Origin: an uncultured Candidatus Saccharibacteria bacterium
Lineage (GTDB): Bacteria > Patescibacteriota > Minisyncoccia > UBA6257 > WO2-44-18
DNA: 64,000 bases
NCBI GenBank assembly: GCA_964545345.1
Contig: CAZJFE010000001.1
Span: 15,360 to 79,359 of the forward strand
Direction of reading: 5' to 3'
How positions within the stretch are numbered: the first letter of the stretch is position 1; every line of letters starts with the position of its first letter. Shown piece by piece: positions 18,310 through 28,222 of this stretch. The position numbers and the translations under genes were made by a program. The notes beneath the pieces were generated by a model that saw only the letters and a list, made by a program, of their open reading frames with translations, searched no databases and had not been told where the DNA came from.

Positions 18310-18964
18310 GGCGATCTTATTTTTGGGATTTTTGACCCTGGCTCGATTGGGCGATTTTTCTTTGTTCCCGACCCTACTTTTCATCATTGGAGCGGTAGTT
18401 TTGTATGCTAGGCCGCTTTTCCGAACGGTTGAAAAGCTTGGGGATTTTCTTGTGCTGATGTTCAGCGCGTTGGTCTTTAATCTGGTTTTTATTGATTCTC
18501 TGGATTTTTTCTTTTCCGCCGCCTGTTATTCGCTGCTTTTCTTTTTGTTGGTTGGTATCAAGGATTTGATTCTAATCAATCGTAGTTTTTGGTCTGTCGT
18601 TTTGAATTTCGGATTGGCTTATCCGATCTTTCTGATCTTTTTTCAGGGTCATTTCGCCGGAGTTTGGTGGAAGGCGCCTATTTTGTTTTTCTTGACCCTT
18701 TTACTCAGTAAAAATGTTCTTAAGAGGAGTATGGCAACAGCCCCTTTTTCTTTATTGGTTGTAGAAGTGGCTTGGGCGAGTAGTTTTTTACCGATTGGCT
18801 TTATCGGTTTGGCAAATCTGAACCTGCTTTTTTATGCCGTCACTCTTTCGCTATTTGATTTCCGTGAGCGGGGATTATTAGACAAGAAAAAAATCCTTTC
18901 GTTGCTTTCAATATTTATCGTCTTATCCTTAATTATTTTAGGACTCTCCAGCTGGAGCTTTTAA
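18254..18964 (+). CDS. Polytopic membrane protein of unknown function (overlaps clpB 3' end)
   Basis: About 8 hydrophobic segments. Start is uncertain (18242 or 18254). Confidence 0.7.
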   Translation: MEIKLKLISLNPQLRLAFKAILFLGFLTLARLGDFSLFPTLLFIIGAVVLYARPLFRTVEKLGDFLVLMFSALVFNLVFIDSLDFFFSAACYSLLFFLLVGIKDLILINRSFWSVVLNFGLAYPIFLIFFQGHFAGVWWKAPILFFLTLLLSKNVLKRSMATAPFSLLVVEVAWASSFLPIGFIGLANLNLLFYAVTLSLFDFRERGLLDKKKILSLLSIFIVLSLIILGLSSWSF

Positions 18965-18987
18965 TCTTCTTAGCATAAAGAGAGTGA

Positions 18988-19133
18988 GGTTTTTGCGTAA
19001 TTCCGAACGAGATTCCGAGACGTAGCCCCGCGCGAATAGAGATTTTTTCGGGGACCCTTTAGGGCCGGGAAAATATCGTGAGATGAGCGCGTTTCGGCCG
19101 TCGAAGGTCGAGAGAGGAACTTACGCAAAGACC
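18988..19133. other. Rod-like structured intergenic element (ncRNA or REP/MITE-like)
   Basis: GGTTTTTGCGTAA/TTACGCAAAGACC closing stem, with inner CCGAGACGT/GCGTTTCGG and ATTTTTTCGG/CCGGGAAAAT. Confidence 0.5.
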
Positions 19134-19182
19134 GAGTGAGCCCTTGATAGTTAATATCCGGTTCGCTAAACTGGGTATCACT

Positions 19183-19872
19183 ATGTCGTTGGATCAAAAA
19201 GCGGTAGAAATTTGTTATGCGTTAGTTCGGGTAGCGGCTCAGATCCGGCGTCCTGAGTTGCGCGCCAGGATTGAGAAGCAGGCCTTTGTTTTTCTTGAAA
19301 ATGTCTCTTCCGGCGATTTCTCCTCGGCGATCAACAACAGTTCAGCGATATCCTCGCTTCTTAAGATTGGCCAAGCCCTTTATGAGGTTGAATCAGTAAA
19401 TGTTTCCGTGATTAGCGGGGAACTGGAATTTGTTAATTCGGCAATGCGGCAATCACTTGGTTTAAATGGTTTGCCTGATTGGCAGAGGATTTTTCCAGAA
19501 CCAGGCAATGTTAAAACTAAACAAGGCAATTCGGCAAATAATCCGGCAATTAGCCGATCAATGAGCGATCTTAGGCCGCCGCAGTCCGGGGTTCCTAATG
19601 GGAACGTTCAACAATCCGTGGACACAACGACCTCCGAGTCTAATGGAATGAACGGAAACGGTTTTGCGGCAACAATGCGGCAATCGGCAATTTTGGAAAA
19701 AATCAGGCAATCCGGCAATGGTCAAATTCAACTGAAAGATATCATTGCCGCATTTCCGGAAACTAGCGAAAGGACTATGCGCTATGATTTGCAAAAACTG
19801 TGCAGTCAGGGCTTAGTTGATCGCGTAGGAAATGGTGGGCCTGGAAGCTATTACGCGCTGCGTAATAAATAG
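19183..19872 (+). CDS. Protein with helical N-terminus, disordered linker and C-terminal DeoR-like wHTH
   Basis: RQSAILEKI...LKDIIAAFPETSERTMRYDLQKLCSQGLVDRVG. The CDS is packed with GGCAA repeats. Confidence 0.8.
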   Translation: MSLDQKAVEICYALVRVAAQIRRPELRARIEKQAFVFLENVSSGDFSSAINNSSAISSLLKIGQALYEVESVNVSVISGELEFVNSAMRQSLGLNGLPDWQRIFPEPGNVKTKQGNSANNPAISRSMSDLRPPQSGVPNGNVQQSVDTTTSESNGMNGNGFAATMRQSAILEKIRQSGNGQIQLKDIIAAFPETSERTMRYDLQKLCSQGLVDRVGNGGPGSYYALRNK

Positions 19873-20170
19873 GAATTACCCTCGTTATACCCTATGTAAT
19901 GACTTTGTGTGAGGCTCAGTCATTCCAGGGTTAATTAAGGGTATTTTTGATGGTGTTGAACCTGGATAAGCCTCCCACATTTGGGAGAGTTTTTTTATTC
20001 CTCACGATAAAGAACTCAGATTCATTACTTGGTAGTAGTTCGTCACAAAGATTGGTTTTCTGTTCTTGGTCGATTCTTCTTCGCGAAAGCGTGGGGGGAC
20101 GAATGGGAAACAATTTAGTAAATCAGTAAAATACAAAAATAATTGTTAGAAAAAAAGGTTAATTAATAAA

Positions 20171-23100
20171 ATGGGAAATTTAACAAAGAAATTTGCTTCA
20201 GTTGCCGTTTCCGCGGCTACTGTTGCATGGCTTTCGGGCTTTTCCATGTTGGTTCCTGTCGCTCACGCGCAGACCAGCTTGCAAGGCCAAATTGACGCTT
20301 TGTTAGCTCAGATCGCTGCCCTTCAGGCCCAGCTGGCCGCAGGTAGCTCAAGCTCTGTCGCCGCCTGCTCTTTCACTCGAGACCTCACCTTGGGTGTAAA
20401 AGGAGACGACGTAATGTGCTTGCAGAAATACCTCAACAGCACTGGCCAGAAAGTTTCAACCAGCGGACCAGGTTCTCCTGGTAGTGAAACGTCATACTTC
20501 GGTTCATTGACCGCGTCGGCTGTTGCCAAATGGCAGGCCGCTAATGGCGTTGCTCCGGCTGCTGGATACTTCGGCAAGATCTCTCGAGCTAAATACTCAG
20601 CGTTAGCAGCTGCGGCTCCGGCCCCAGCTCCTGCTCCTGTTCCTGGAACACCAGCCCCGGTTCCTTCCGGTTCTGGTCTAACTGTATCTTTGGCTGCTGA
20701 TCAGCCAGCTGCCGGTCTTTTCGGCGAATCATTCTCCAGTCGGCCGTTCACGAAGTTAACTCTTCGCGCTTCTGCTGATGGTGATGTCACCGTTAAAGCT
20801 TTGGTAATTGAGCGTCAGGGTCAAGGTGCTGATGCCGCTTTCTCCGGCGTAATTGGCTTGGATGAAGATGGTATCCGCATGGGTGTTTCCAAGACTCTTG
20901 GTTCCGATCACCGCTTGCGCTTAACTGAGACCTTTACGGTCAAAGCTGGTCAAACTCGCACTGTCACCATTTCCGGTGATTCCGATGCTGATCAGAATGA
21001 CTACAATGGTCAATTGGTAAGCTTAGCTTTGGTTGGTGTTGAGGTCGCTGGTAGCACCGCAGTCAATGCTTCCTTCCCCTTGGTTGGAAACAACATGACT
21101 GTTAACTCTACATTGTCTATCGGTAGCGTAACTTTGGCTCGTGGAGCTTTGGATCCTGGATCCGGTCAAACTAAAGAGATCGGTTCTACTGGCTATCGCT
21201 TCTCCGGCTTGAGAGTAACTGCTGGAGCCAATGAAGACGTGTTAGTTCGCTCCGTTAAGTGGAATCAATCCGGTTCCGCTGGTACTGGCGACCTAGCCAA
21301 CGTTAAAGTTGTCTTTGATGGCGTAACCTATGCCACCACTCTTAGCGAGGACAATAAGTACTACGTCGCTAAATTTGGTGACGGTATCAAAATCTTGAAA
21401 GGCCTCAACAAAGAGATGCACGTTCAAGGTGATGTTATCAACGGTTCTGCCAGAACTGCTGACTTTGATCTGTACCGCTACGCAGACTTGCGAGCTACCG
21501 GTTTGACTTATGGATACGACATCTTGCCTACAGCTACTGAAGTAGCCGCTAGCGCGGATGACGGTAACTTCCATGCAGCCGAGCCGAACTTTGATGCTTT
21601 CCAGGCCCACATCGGTTCTGGATCTATCGATGCTCAAAACGCTCCGTCTGTGGGAGCCCAGAACATTGCTATCAACTTAGCTAACCAGCCTCTCGGTGGT
21701 TTCATCGTTGACGTTAAAGGTGAAGACATTACTGTCGCCGCCATTAACTTTGATATGGCTACTGCGGGTGATGCAACGGCTATTGATTCCAACGACGTCA
21801 CCAATATCACTTTGGTTGATGAAGATGGTAAGGTAGTTGCCGGTCCGGTTGACGGTGTTGCTGGTGGTAACAATGCCATCCGCTTCTCCGACACCATTAC
21901 TTTCAAAGTTGGTCGCAAAGTTTACTCCTTGAAAGGTAAGCTAGGCACCGATTTCATCAGTAATGACACGGTTGCCGCTTCTACGACTCCTAGCTCTGAC
22001 TGGACAACTGTTAAAGGTGTAACCTCGGGCGTAACTGTTACCCCGACTCCTTCCAGCGCCGTTACTGGCAGCACAATGACTGTTAAGGCATCTTCCTTGA
22101 CTCTCACTGTCAGCCCAGAAACTAATGCTGGTGGCAGCGATGCTAGCTCGACCGCGCAAAACGTGGTAGCTGGTACTGCTGATTACGTCTTTACCAAGTA
22201 CGTCTTGGATGCTAGCGGCTCCGGCGAGGACCTGAAGATTACCAGTATGTCTCCTCGTTTGGGCTTGAGCGCGGTTAACACTGGCGACGATGTTACCAAT
22301 TGCCAATTGTTAGATGGCAGTGTTGCTCTCAACACTGGCACCAACATTGTCAATCCGACTAACAGCGCGGCCAATGCCGACAACGTTGCCTTCGTATTCG
22401 ATGTCCCGTTAGTGCTCGCGAAAGGAACCATCAAGACCTTGTCTCTCAAGTGCAACTTGATCTCCGGAGCGGACGCTGGCCAGCAATGGCGCTGGGGTAT
22501 CGCTGATGCGGCAGGTAATATGGTCAGCACAGGATCTGTTTCCGGTCAGAGTGTGACCGAGACGATCACTGCCGACAACGGCCGCATTATCACTGGTGTT
22601 GGTGGTGGAACCTTGACGATTGCTCTTGATTCTGCCAGCCCAGCAGTGAAGTTGGTTGCTTCCGGCGCGACAGATCAGACCTTAGCGGTCTTCCGCTTGA
22701 ACGCTACCAATGAAGATATCCGATTGGATACAATTGGTTTGCAGCTCGCTACTTCTACAACTAACGCGGCTGATGGAACTGTTGGTAATGCTTCCAACTC
22801 TCCGAGTGACTTGAGTAAGGTTACTTTGTGGAATGGATCCACTAAAGTTGGTGAAGCTACCTTCAGCTCAACTGATTACGCTACTGGTACTTTGTCCGGC
22901 GTCACTGTTCCGAAGAATGGCCAAATCCTCCTGACTGTTAAGGGAGATATGGCGAACATCGGAACGAACTTGACTGCCCGACCTGGTCACTTGGTAATCA
23001 TCAACTACGATGCTCAATCTAGCTCTGATGAAACCAATCTAGGAGCGGTCGGCGTAGGTCTTTCCTCTGGAACGACTATCGCCGCTGCGGGTGCAGATAG

Positions 23101-23971
23101 TGGCTCTTCTGGCGCTCGTTTGGTAAGGACTGTTCCGACTGTTGAGAAACAAGCCTTGCCATCGGGATCGAAGTTAGCTAACGGCTCAAGAGACTTGTTC
23201 CGCTTCAAAGTTACTGCTCCTTCGGGCGGCAACGGTGTTGGCTTGTACAAGTTCACCTTTGACGTCAGCACTTCTTCCGTGAGCACCTTTGACAATGATC
23301 AGGACGCCGATAAGCTTTCCGCTTTCCGCGTCAATGACTTCATCGTCAAGTGTTACTCGGATGCCGCCTTCAGCGTTGCTTCTTGCGGATCTGCTGACGG
23401 TTCTGGCCAGTTGAACAACGGAGACTTCGCTACTTCTTCGGTTCACGAAGATTTAGGTGGAGATCGTTCCGGCTTGGATATTGCCGCGGCTACTGTTCCG
23501 ACCATGGTTGAGGTTTACTTCAACCCGGCGAACACTGCGGATACTACCCAAGACAACCACGCTGATCCTTCTGAAGCGATCCGCGTCCCAGCTGGTGAAT
23601 CTCGCTACTTCGTCTTGAGCGCGACAGTCGTCGGTTCCGGTACTTCTTCTCCGCAGGTCAGCACCAAGCTTCTTGGTGATGGTCAGTGGTTGAAAGTCCG
23701 GTACACTCCGAACGATCTGTCCACTACGGGCGACAGCGATGACGGTACTACCAATGAGGACGTCACAATCGCTGGTGACAACTGGACAACTGGACGGTAT
23801 GTCTTCGCGACTACTGCCGCGTTGGCCGACACTGGTGATGACGACAACTTCATCTGGTCTGCTCACTCCACGAACACTAGCCAATCCAATGTCGACTACG
23901 ACTGGTTGAACGGCTTCTTGATTCCTGGATTGCCGACCGGTGGAACCACGGCTGAAACTTTGACCCTCTAA
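20171..23971 (+). CDS. Large secreted S-layer-like surface protein with peptidoglycan-binding domain
   Basis: Signal peptide ending AHA, FTRDLTLG..DVMCLQKYLN..YFGSLT..AVAKWQ, beta-rich A/T/S/G repeats, strong codon bias. Confidence 0.85.
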   Translation: MGNLTKKFASVAVSAATVAWLSGFSMLVPVAHAQTSLQGQIDALLAQIAALQAQLAAGSSSSVAACSFTRDLTLGVKGDDVMCLQKYLNSTGQKVSTSGPGSPGSETSYFGSLTASAVAKWQAANGVAPAAGYFGKISRAKYSALAAAAPAPAPAPVPGTPAPVPSGSGLTVSLAADQPAAGLFGESFSSRPFTKLTLRASADGDVTVKALVIERQGQGADAAFSGVIGLDEDGIRMGVSKTLGSDHRLRLTETFTVKAGQTRTVTISGDSDADQNDYNGQLVSLALVGVEVAGSTAVNASFPLVGNNMTVNSTLSIGSVTLARGALDPGSGQTKEIGSTGYRFSGLRVTAGANEDVLVRSVKWNQSGSAGTGDLANVKVVFDGVTYATTLSEDNKYYVAKFGDGIKILKGLNKEMHVQGDVINGSARTADFDLYRYADLRATGLTYGYDILPTATEVAASADDGNFHAAEPNFDAFQAHIGSGSIDAQNAPSVGAQNIAINLANQPLGGFIVDVKGEDITVAAINFDMATAGDATAIDSNDVTNITLVDEDGKVVAGPVDGVAGGNNAIRFSDTITFKVGRKVYSLKGKLGTDFISNDTVAASTTPSSDWTTVKGVTSGVTVTPTPSSAVTGSTMTVKASSLTLTVSPETNAGGSDASSTAQNVVAGTADYVFTKYVLDASGSGEDLKITSMSPRLGLSAVNTGDDVTNCQLLDGSVALNTGTNIVNPTNSAANADNVAFVFDVPLVLAKGTIKTLSLKCNLISGADAGQQWRWGIADAAGNMVSTGSVSGQSVTETITADNGRIITGVGGGTLTIALDSASPAVKLVASGATDQTLAVFRLNATNEDIRLDTIGLQLATSTTNAADGTVGNASNSPSDLSKVTLWNGSTKVGEATFSSTDYATGTLSGVTVPKNGQILLTVKGDMANIGTNLTARPGHLVIINYDAQSSSDETNLGAVGVGLSSGTTIAAAGADSGSSGARLVRTVPTVEKQALPSGSKLANGSRDLFRFKVTAPSGGNGVGLYKFTFDVSTSSVSTFDNDQDADKLSAFRVNDFIVKCYSDAAFSVASCGSADGSGQLNNGDFATSSVHEDLGGDRSGLDIAAATVPTMVEVYFNPANTADTTQDNHADPSEAIRVPAGESRYFVLSATVVGSGTSSPQVSTKLLGDGQWLKVRYTPNDLSTTGDSDDGTTNEDVTIAGDNWTTGRYVFATTAALADTGDDDNFIWSAHSTNTSQSNVDYDWLNGFLIPGLPTGGTTAETLTL

Positions 23972-23997
23972 GACTTGAGACTTAGTAGGTTAGGCAC

Positions 23998-24026
23998 AAA
24001 CCCCCGCTTGAAAAAGCGGGGGTTTT
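23998..24026 (+). terminator. Rho-independent terminator
   Basis: AAACCCCCGCTT-GAAA-AAGCGGGGGTTTT. Confidence 0.85.
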
Positions 24027-24044
24027 GCTTTAAAATAGGTAATT

Positions 24045-24833
24045 ATGAGAAAACAGCTTCTATTGATCGTCTTAAGCCTGTTAGTTATCGTTGGCGGTGG
24101 TGCCGGTATTTATTTTGGAGTTTTCAGCGAGGACCCCGTCGTTACATCGGAGGAAGTTCCGGTTGTTGATGGTTCACAAACCGGTTCAACGACCGATCCC
24201 GAAATCGTGGAGAATTCTCGACCTAAATATCAGGGGCAGGCACTGCGTTTTATTGGCAGTGACCCGGTGGTTAAAACTTTGGCTGCCGAGATTATAGCGG
24301 AGAAAAAGGTGGAACTGAATAAATTTGCCGAGATCGCGGAGAAAAATCCTTCCGACAGTTTGGCCTGGCTGAAGATCTCGGAAATCAAGAAGTTTTTCAA
24401 CAACTACAAAGGATCCGTCGATGCTTTGGAATACATCAAACTGACATCCCCGGATGATTTCCTGGTGAATCTTAACCTTGGTAATTTGTATGGTTTTTAC
24501 CTTAAGGATTACAAGAGAGCGGAGCAGAATTTCGCAAACGCTATGAATCACAGCGGCGGCGATCAACTGGTGGCAGCCATCTCCGCTTTAGCTGATTTGT
24601 ATAAAGATTTTTATAAAGAAAAGTATGATCAAGTTGATGATCTGTTGTTGATCGGCATTGAAGCAATCCCCAGCGACGTTAACTTAGTGATGAAGCTGGC
24701 CTTTTACTACAAAGAAGTAAACAACAAAGAGGGGGCCATTCAGTCTTTTGAAAGACTCCTGTCCATGCCCGGCCTAACGGGCGCGCAGCAGCAGGCTTTT
24801 GAAGCAGAAATAGCGGCGCTGAAGAAGGCCTAG
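24045..24833 (+). CDS. Membrane-anchored TPR protein
   Basis: N-terminal TM segment; helical repeats such as LNLGNLYGFYLKDYKRAEQNF. Confidence 0.8.
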   Translation: MRKQLLLIVLSLLVIVGGGAGIYFGVFSEDPVVTSEEVPVVDGSQTGSTTDPEIVENSRPKYQGQALRFIGSDPVVKTLAAEIIAEKKVELNKFAEIAEKNPSDSLAWLKISEIKKFFNNYKGSVDALEYIKLTSPDDFLVNLNLGNLYGFYLKDYKRAEQNFANAMNHSGGDQLVAAISALADLYKDFYKEKYDQVDDLLLIGIEAIPSDVNLVMKLAFYYKEVNNKEGAIQSFERLLSMPGLTGAQQQAFEAEIAALKKA

Positions 24834-25927
24834 GATAGATAAGCGGTTTTGGTTTGTTCAACCATTTTGGCTAAATTGAGTTGTTCTTTTAAGAACAACT
24901 GGCCTTCTTTGGCGAAATACTGCGCTTTCTCTTTGTTTTTAAGGTAGAAATCAATTGCTCGCGCGAGCTCGTCGGGTTGTTGGGGTTGCATTACTAACCC
25001 TCGGCCATCAACTATCTCTGGCATTCCCCCCACTCTGGTGGTGATCACCGGTACTCCGGCCGCCATTGCTTCGAGTAGCGTGTATGGCAGTCCCTCTTTG
25101 ATTGAGGACAGTAAGAAAATATCAAATGCCTTTAAATATGGAGCGGCGGGAGCCAGGCCAGGTAAGATAAAGAATCTATTTTCCAAACCCCTCTTTTTTA
25201 TCACTTTCGTAAGCCGGTCTTTCAAATAGCCATCACCAATGATGAAAAATTTTGCTTCCGGATTTTTTACCAAAGCCGCGGCATTAATAAAGTCGTGATA
25301 ACTTTTCTCCGAAACCAATCGGCCGATGGAGCCAATCCAGATGCCTTGGTCAGATCCTGATTGGGACAAGGTGGCGATTGTTTTTCTGGCCGTCCGGCGA
25401 TCTAGGAACCTGAGATTTTTCCAATCCAACCCGTTGTAGACAGTGATCAGCTTCTTTTCTTCACCTACTTGGTGTCTGATTGCTAGCTTCTTGTCATATT
25501 CAGAAACGTTAATTATTTTATCCTGAAAACGGGCGGCGATTTTGTGAAGGAGTATATACAACTTCCTTTTAGCAAAGTTTAGGTCGTTGTCAGGGTTAAA
25601 AACCCAGCCGTGCGCCGTGAAGATAACTTTTTTTACTCCGGCGAGTTTCGCGGCCACCGCTCCAATAACTCCCGCCTTTGAGCTGTTGAGATGGACGATA
25701 TCCGGGCGCTCTTTTTTTAACAAGAAGAAAAGTTCGGCCAGAGCCAGCCAGTCGTTGGCGAACAAAAAGTGTGGCCTCAGCTTATTAGACAGGAATCGGA
25801 CCCCTTTATTGCCGCCAGTTATTATCTTGGTTTCATGGCCGGACTTAGTAAACTCTTCCGCGAGATCGCGGACGTACTTTTGGGCTCCGCCAACGTCGTC
25901 TTTTGTAACTAGATAAAGAATTTTCAT
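24830..25927 (-). CDS. GT4 glycosyltransferase
   Basis: GGAQKYV, HLNSSKAG, FTAHGW, EGLPYTLLEAMAAG. Confidence 0.92.
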   Translation of the reverse strand: MKILYLVTKDDVGGAQKYVRDLAEEFTKSGHETKIITGGNKGVRFLSNKLRPHFLFANDWLALAELFFLLKKERPDIVHLNSSKAGVIGAVAAKLAGVKKVIFTAHGWVFNPDNDLNFAKRKLYILLHKIAARFQDKIINVSEYDKKLAIRHQVGEEKKLITVYNGLDWKNLRFLDRRTARKTIATLSQSGSDQGIWIGSIGRLVSEKSYHDFINAAALVKNPEAKFFIIGDGYLKDRLTKVIKKRGLENRFFILPGLAPAAPYLKAFDIFLLSSIKEGLPYTLLEAMAAGVPVITTRVGGMPEIVDGRGLVMQPQQPDELARAIDFYLKNKEKAQYFAKEGQLFLKEQLNLAKMVEQTKTAYLS

Positions 25928-25958
25928 CCCCTTTAATTCTACCAATTTATAAGATAAT

Positions 25959-27116
25959 ATGAGACCAATGTCAAAGCTACGTCCCCGGACCGCTATTTTT
26001 AGCTTGGCCTACGATCCGTTCGTTGGCGGAGCGGAGATTGCGGTTCGCGAGATTGTTCGCCGTCTCCCCGGATCGGATTTCGTCATTTTGACCAGGCGGT
26101 TTGATAATGGTTGGCCGCCGATTGAATTCTCGGACAATTATTCGGTTGTGCGTTTAGGGCGCGGCCGTTCTGATGGGAATTATTATGGCGGTTTTTTTAG
26201 GAAAATCTCCTACATCTTTTCGGCCTATCGGTGGGCGGCGCGAGCGCACGCGACCGATCCCTTCACAGCAGTTTGGGCAGTGATGGCGTCTTATGCCGGT
26301 ATCGCCGCGCTGTTTTTTAAGTTGCGTCATCCTGAAGTGCCGCTGTTACTCACCCTGCAGGAGGGAGATTCGGAGATTCATATACTTAGCCGAGTTGGGA
26401 TATTTTATCCGCTTTGGAAATTAATTTTTAAAAAAGCAGATTATGTTCAGGCCATCAGTAACTTTTTGGCTGATTTTGCTAGACGTCACGGCGCGCGTTG
26501 TCCGGTAGAGGTGGTGCCCAACGGCGTTGATTTGGAAAGCTATGAATTATCTGCTGTTAAATCCAAGGGAAATTCTTTCAATGTCGTCACCACCTCGCGT
26601 CTTGTTACAAAAAACGCAGTTGATACTTTGATAAAATCCGCTGAGTACATAGATTCTCATGTCAATTATCTAATTTACGGTTCCGGTCCGGATCATGATC
26701 GACTTGCCGGCCTGGCGAACGCGGTGAGTGGAAAGAATCCTAACGCGACAGTGCGCTTTTTGGGTCATGTAAGTCCGGATGATATACCGGAAGTTTTGGG
26801 TGCGGCTCAAGTTTTTGTCCGGGCTTCACGATCAGAGGGGCTGGGCAATTCTTTTTTAGAGGCCATGGCGGCCGGTGTTCCGGTGATTGGCACCAGGGTT
26901 GGAGGAATACCAGATTTTTTGATCGATGAGGAGACCGGATTGTTTGTTGAGGTTGATAATCCTAAGGATCTTGCTGAGAAGATTCTAAGTTTGAAAAATG
27001 ACCCGGCTTTGCGGGAGAGGTTGAGCCACAACGGAAAGAAGTTGGTCAAAGAAAAGTATTCCTGGGATAACATTGCGTTCAGAATGGAAAACATTTTCAA
27101 AAAATTATGCGTGTAA
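25959..27116 (+). CDS. GT4 glycosyltransferase
   Basis: VGGAEIA, VVPNGVD, EGLGNSFLEAMAAG. Confidence 0.92.
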   Translation: MRPMSKLRPRTAIFSLAYDPFVGGAEIAVREIVRRLPGSDFVILTRRFDNGWPPIEFSDNYSVVRLGRGRSDGNYYGGFFRKISYIFSAYRWAARAHATDPFTAVWAVMASYAGIAALFFKLRHPEVPLLLTLQEGDSEIHILSRVGIFYPLWKLIFKKADYVQAISNFLADFARRHGARCPVEVVPNGVDLESYELSAVKSKGNSFNVVTTSRLVTKNAVDTLIKSAEYIDSHVNYLIYGSGPDHDRLAGLANAVSGKNPNATVRFLGHVSPDDIPEVLGAAQVFVRASRSEGLGNSFLEAMAAGVPVIGTRVGGIPDFLIDEETGLFVEVDNPKDLAEKILSLKNDPALRERLSHNGKKLVKEKYSWDNIAFRMENIFKKLCV

Positions 27117-28222
27117 CCATTGCGACAGGAATTTACCCTCCAGATTTAGGCGGACCAGCCAAGCATGCTGAGGCGATGCGTAAATTTTTGGAATCCCGAA
27201 ACTGCAAGGTGGCAGTGGTCGCATTTGGCGCTAGTCGGGAAGGAGTTTGGGGTGTGCCTCGTTTTCTGCCATTCGGATTACGTCATTTCGTTTATTTCCT
27301 ACGCTGTCTGACGGCGGCCTTTGTTTCTGATCTGATTTACGCGCAGGATGCGGTCGGCGTGGGATTACCGGCTTTGCTGGCGGCGAAGTTATTACGCCGG
27401 AAATTCGTAGTTAGGGTTGGGGGTGATTTGGTTTGGGAGAGGATCAACGAAAGAGCGAGGCGTTCAGTATCCTTAAAAGAACTCTATGTCGGCCGCCAAT
27501 ATCTTTGGAAGGCGCCTGTTTATTATTGGTTGACCCGTTGCGTGTTGAGTTTCGCGGACGCCGTGATTGTTCCTGCCGCTATGCTGAAAGATTTGTACTC
27601 GCGGCAGTATAATATTGATTCGCGAAAGATTTTTCATTTTCCGAACCCTGAGCTGGTTCCGGAATTTGTAAAGGAAATGTCGCGCGTGGAGACTGACCGT
27701 ATTTTGTTCGCGGGCAGATTTGTCACTTATAAAAATCTGGATTTATTGATGCGAGCTTTTGATCAGGCGAGGCGGCGATCTGGCCGAGGCCAGTTAGTAC
27801 TAGTCGGTGATGGTCCGGAACGTCATCATTTGGAAACCCTCCGGAATCAGTTGAGCGCAAAAGATTTCATAGAAATCCGCTTTCCTATTTCACGGGAAGA
27901 GCTGGCCCATCTGATCAGCGATTCGGGGGTTTGTGTTGGCCCGGCTCTGACGGAATTTAATCCTAATTTTATTTTGGAGTGTCTGGCTATGGAGAAGCCG
28001 GTTCTAATCAGCGCGGAGAATGGCCTGTCGGTGAGATTGCCGGTTTCGTGGATTTTTGATGCTCGGAGTGAGTCGGAACTTGTTCAGAAAATTGAAAAGA
28101 TGCTTGACGGCCGGCAATATCAAAATGCAATTTTAGAATTGGAAAAGATTCCTCCGACGCCGGCATGGGAGGAAACGGCCGAAAATATTTTCTCAACATT
28201 CACAAAACTATGCGGATATTAA
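27107..28222 (+). CDS. GT4 glycosyltransferase
   Basis: IYPPDLGGPA, LFAGRF..KNL, EFNPNFILECLA. Confidence 0.88.
   Translation: MRVTIATGIYPPDLGGPAKHAEAMRKFLESRNCKVAVVAFGASREGVWGVPRFLPFGLRHFVYFLRCLTAAFVSDLIYAQDAVGVGLPALLAAKLLRRKFVVRVGGDLVWERINERARRSVSLKELYVGRQYLWKAPVYYWLTRCVLSFADAVIVPAAMLKDLYSRQYNIDSRKIFHFPNPELVPEFVKEMSRVETDRILFAGRFVTYKNLDLLMRAFDQARRRSGRGQLVLVGDGPERHHLETLRNQLSAKDFIEIRFPISREELAHLISDSGVCVGPALTEFNPNFILECLAMEKPVLISAENGLSVRLPVSWIFDARSESELVQKIEKMLDGRQYQNAILELEKIPPTPAWEETAENIFSTFTKLCGY

Noticed and set aside
20323-23884. Many antisense ORFs within the S-layer-like gene
   Set aside because: Shadow frames caused by strong codon bias.
25921-25940. AAAGGGGATGAAAA at a GT4 start, resembling the MITE end
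   Set aside because: Partial match with no partner inverted repeat. More simply an RBS plus start codon.
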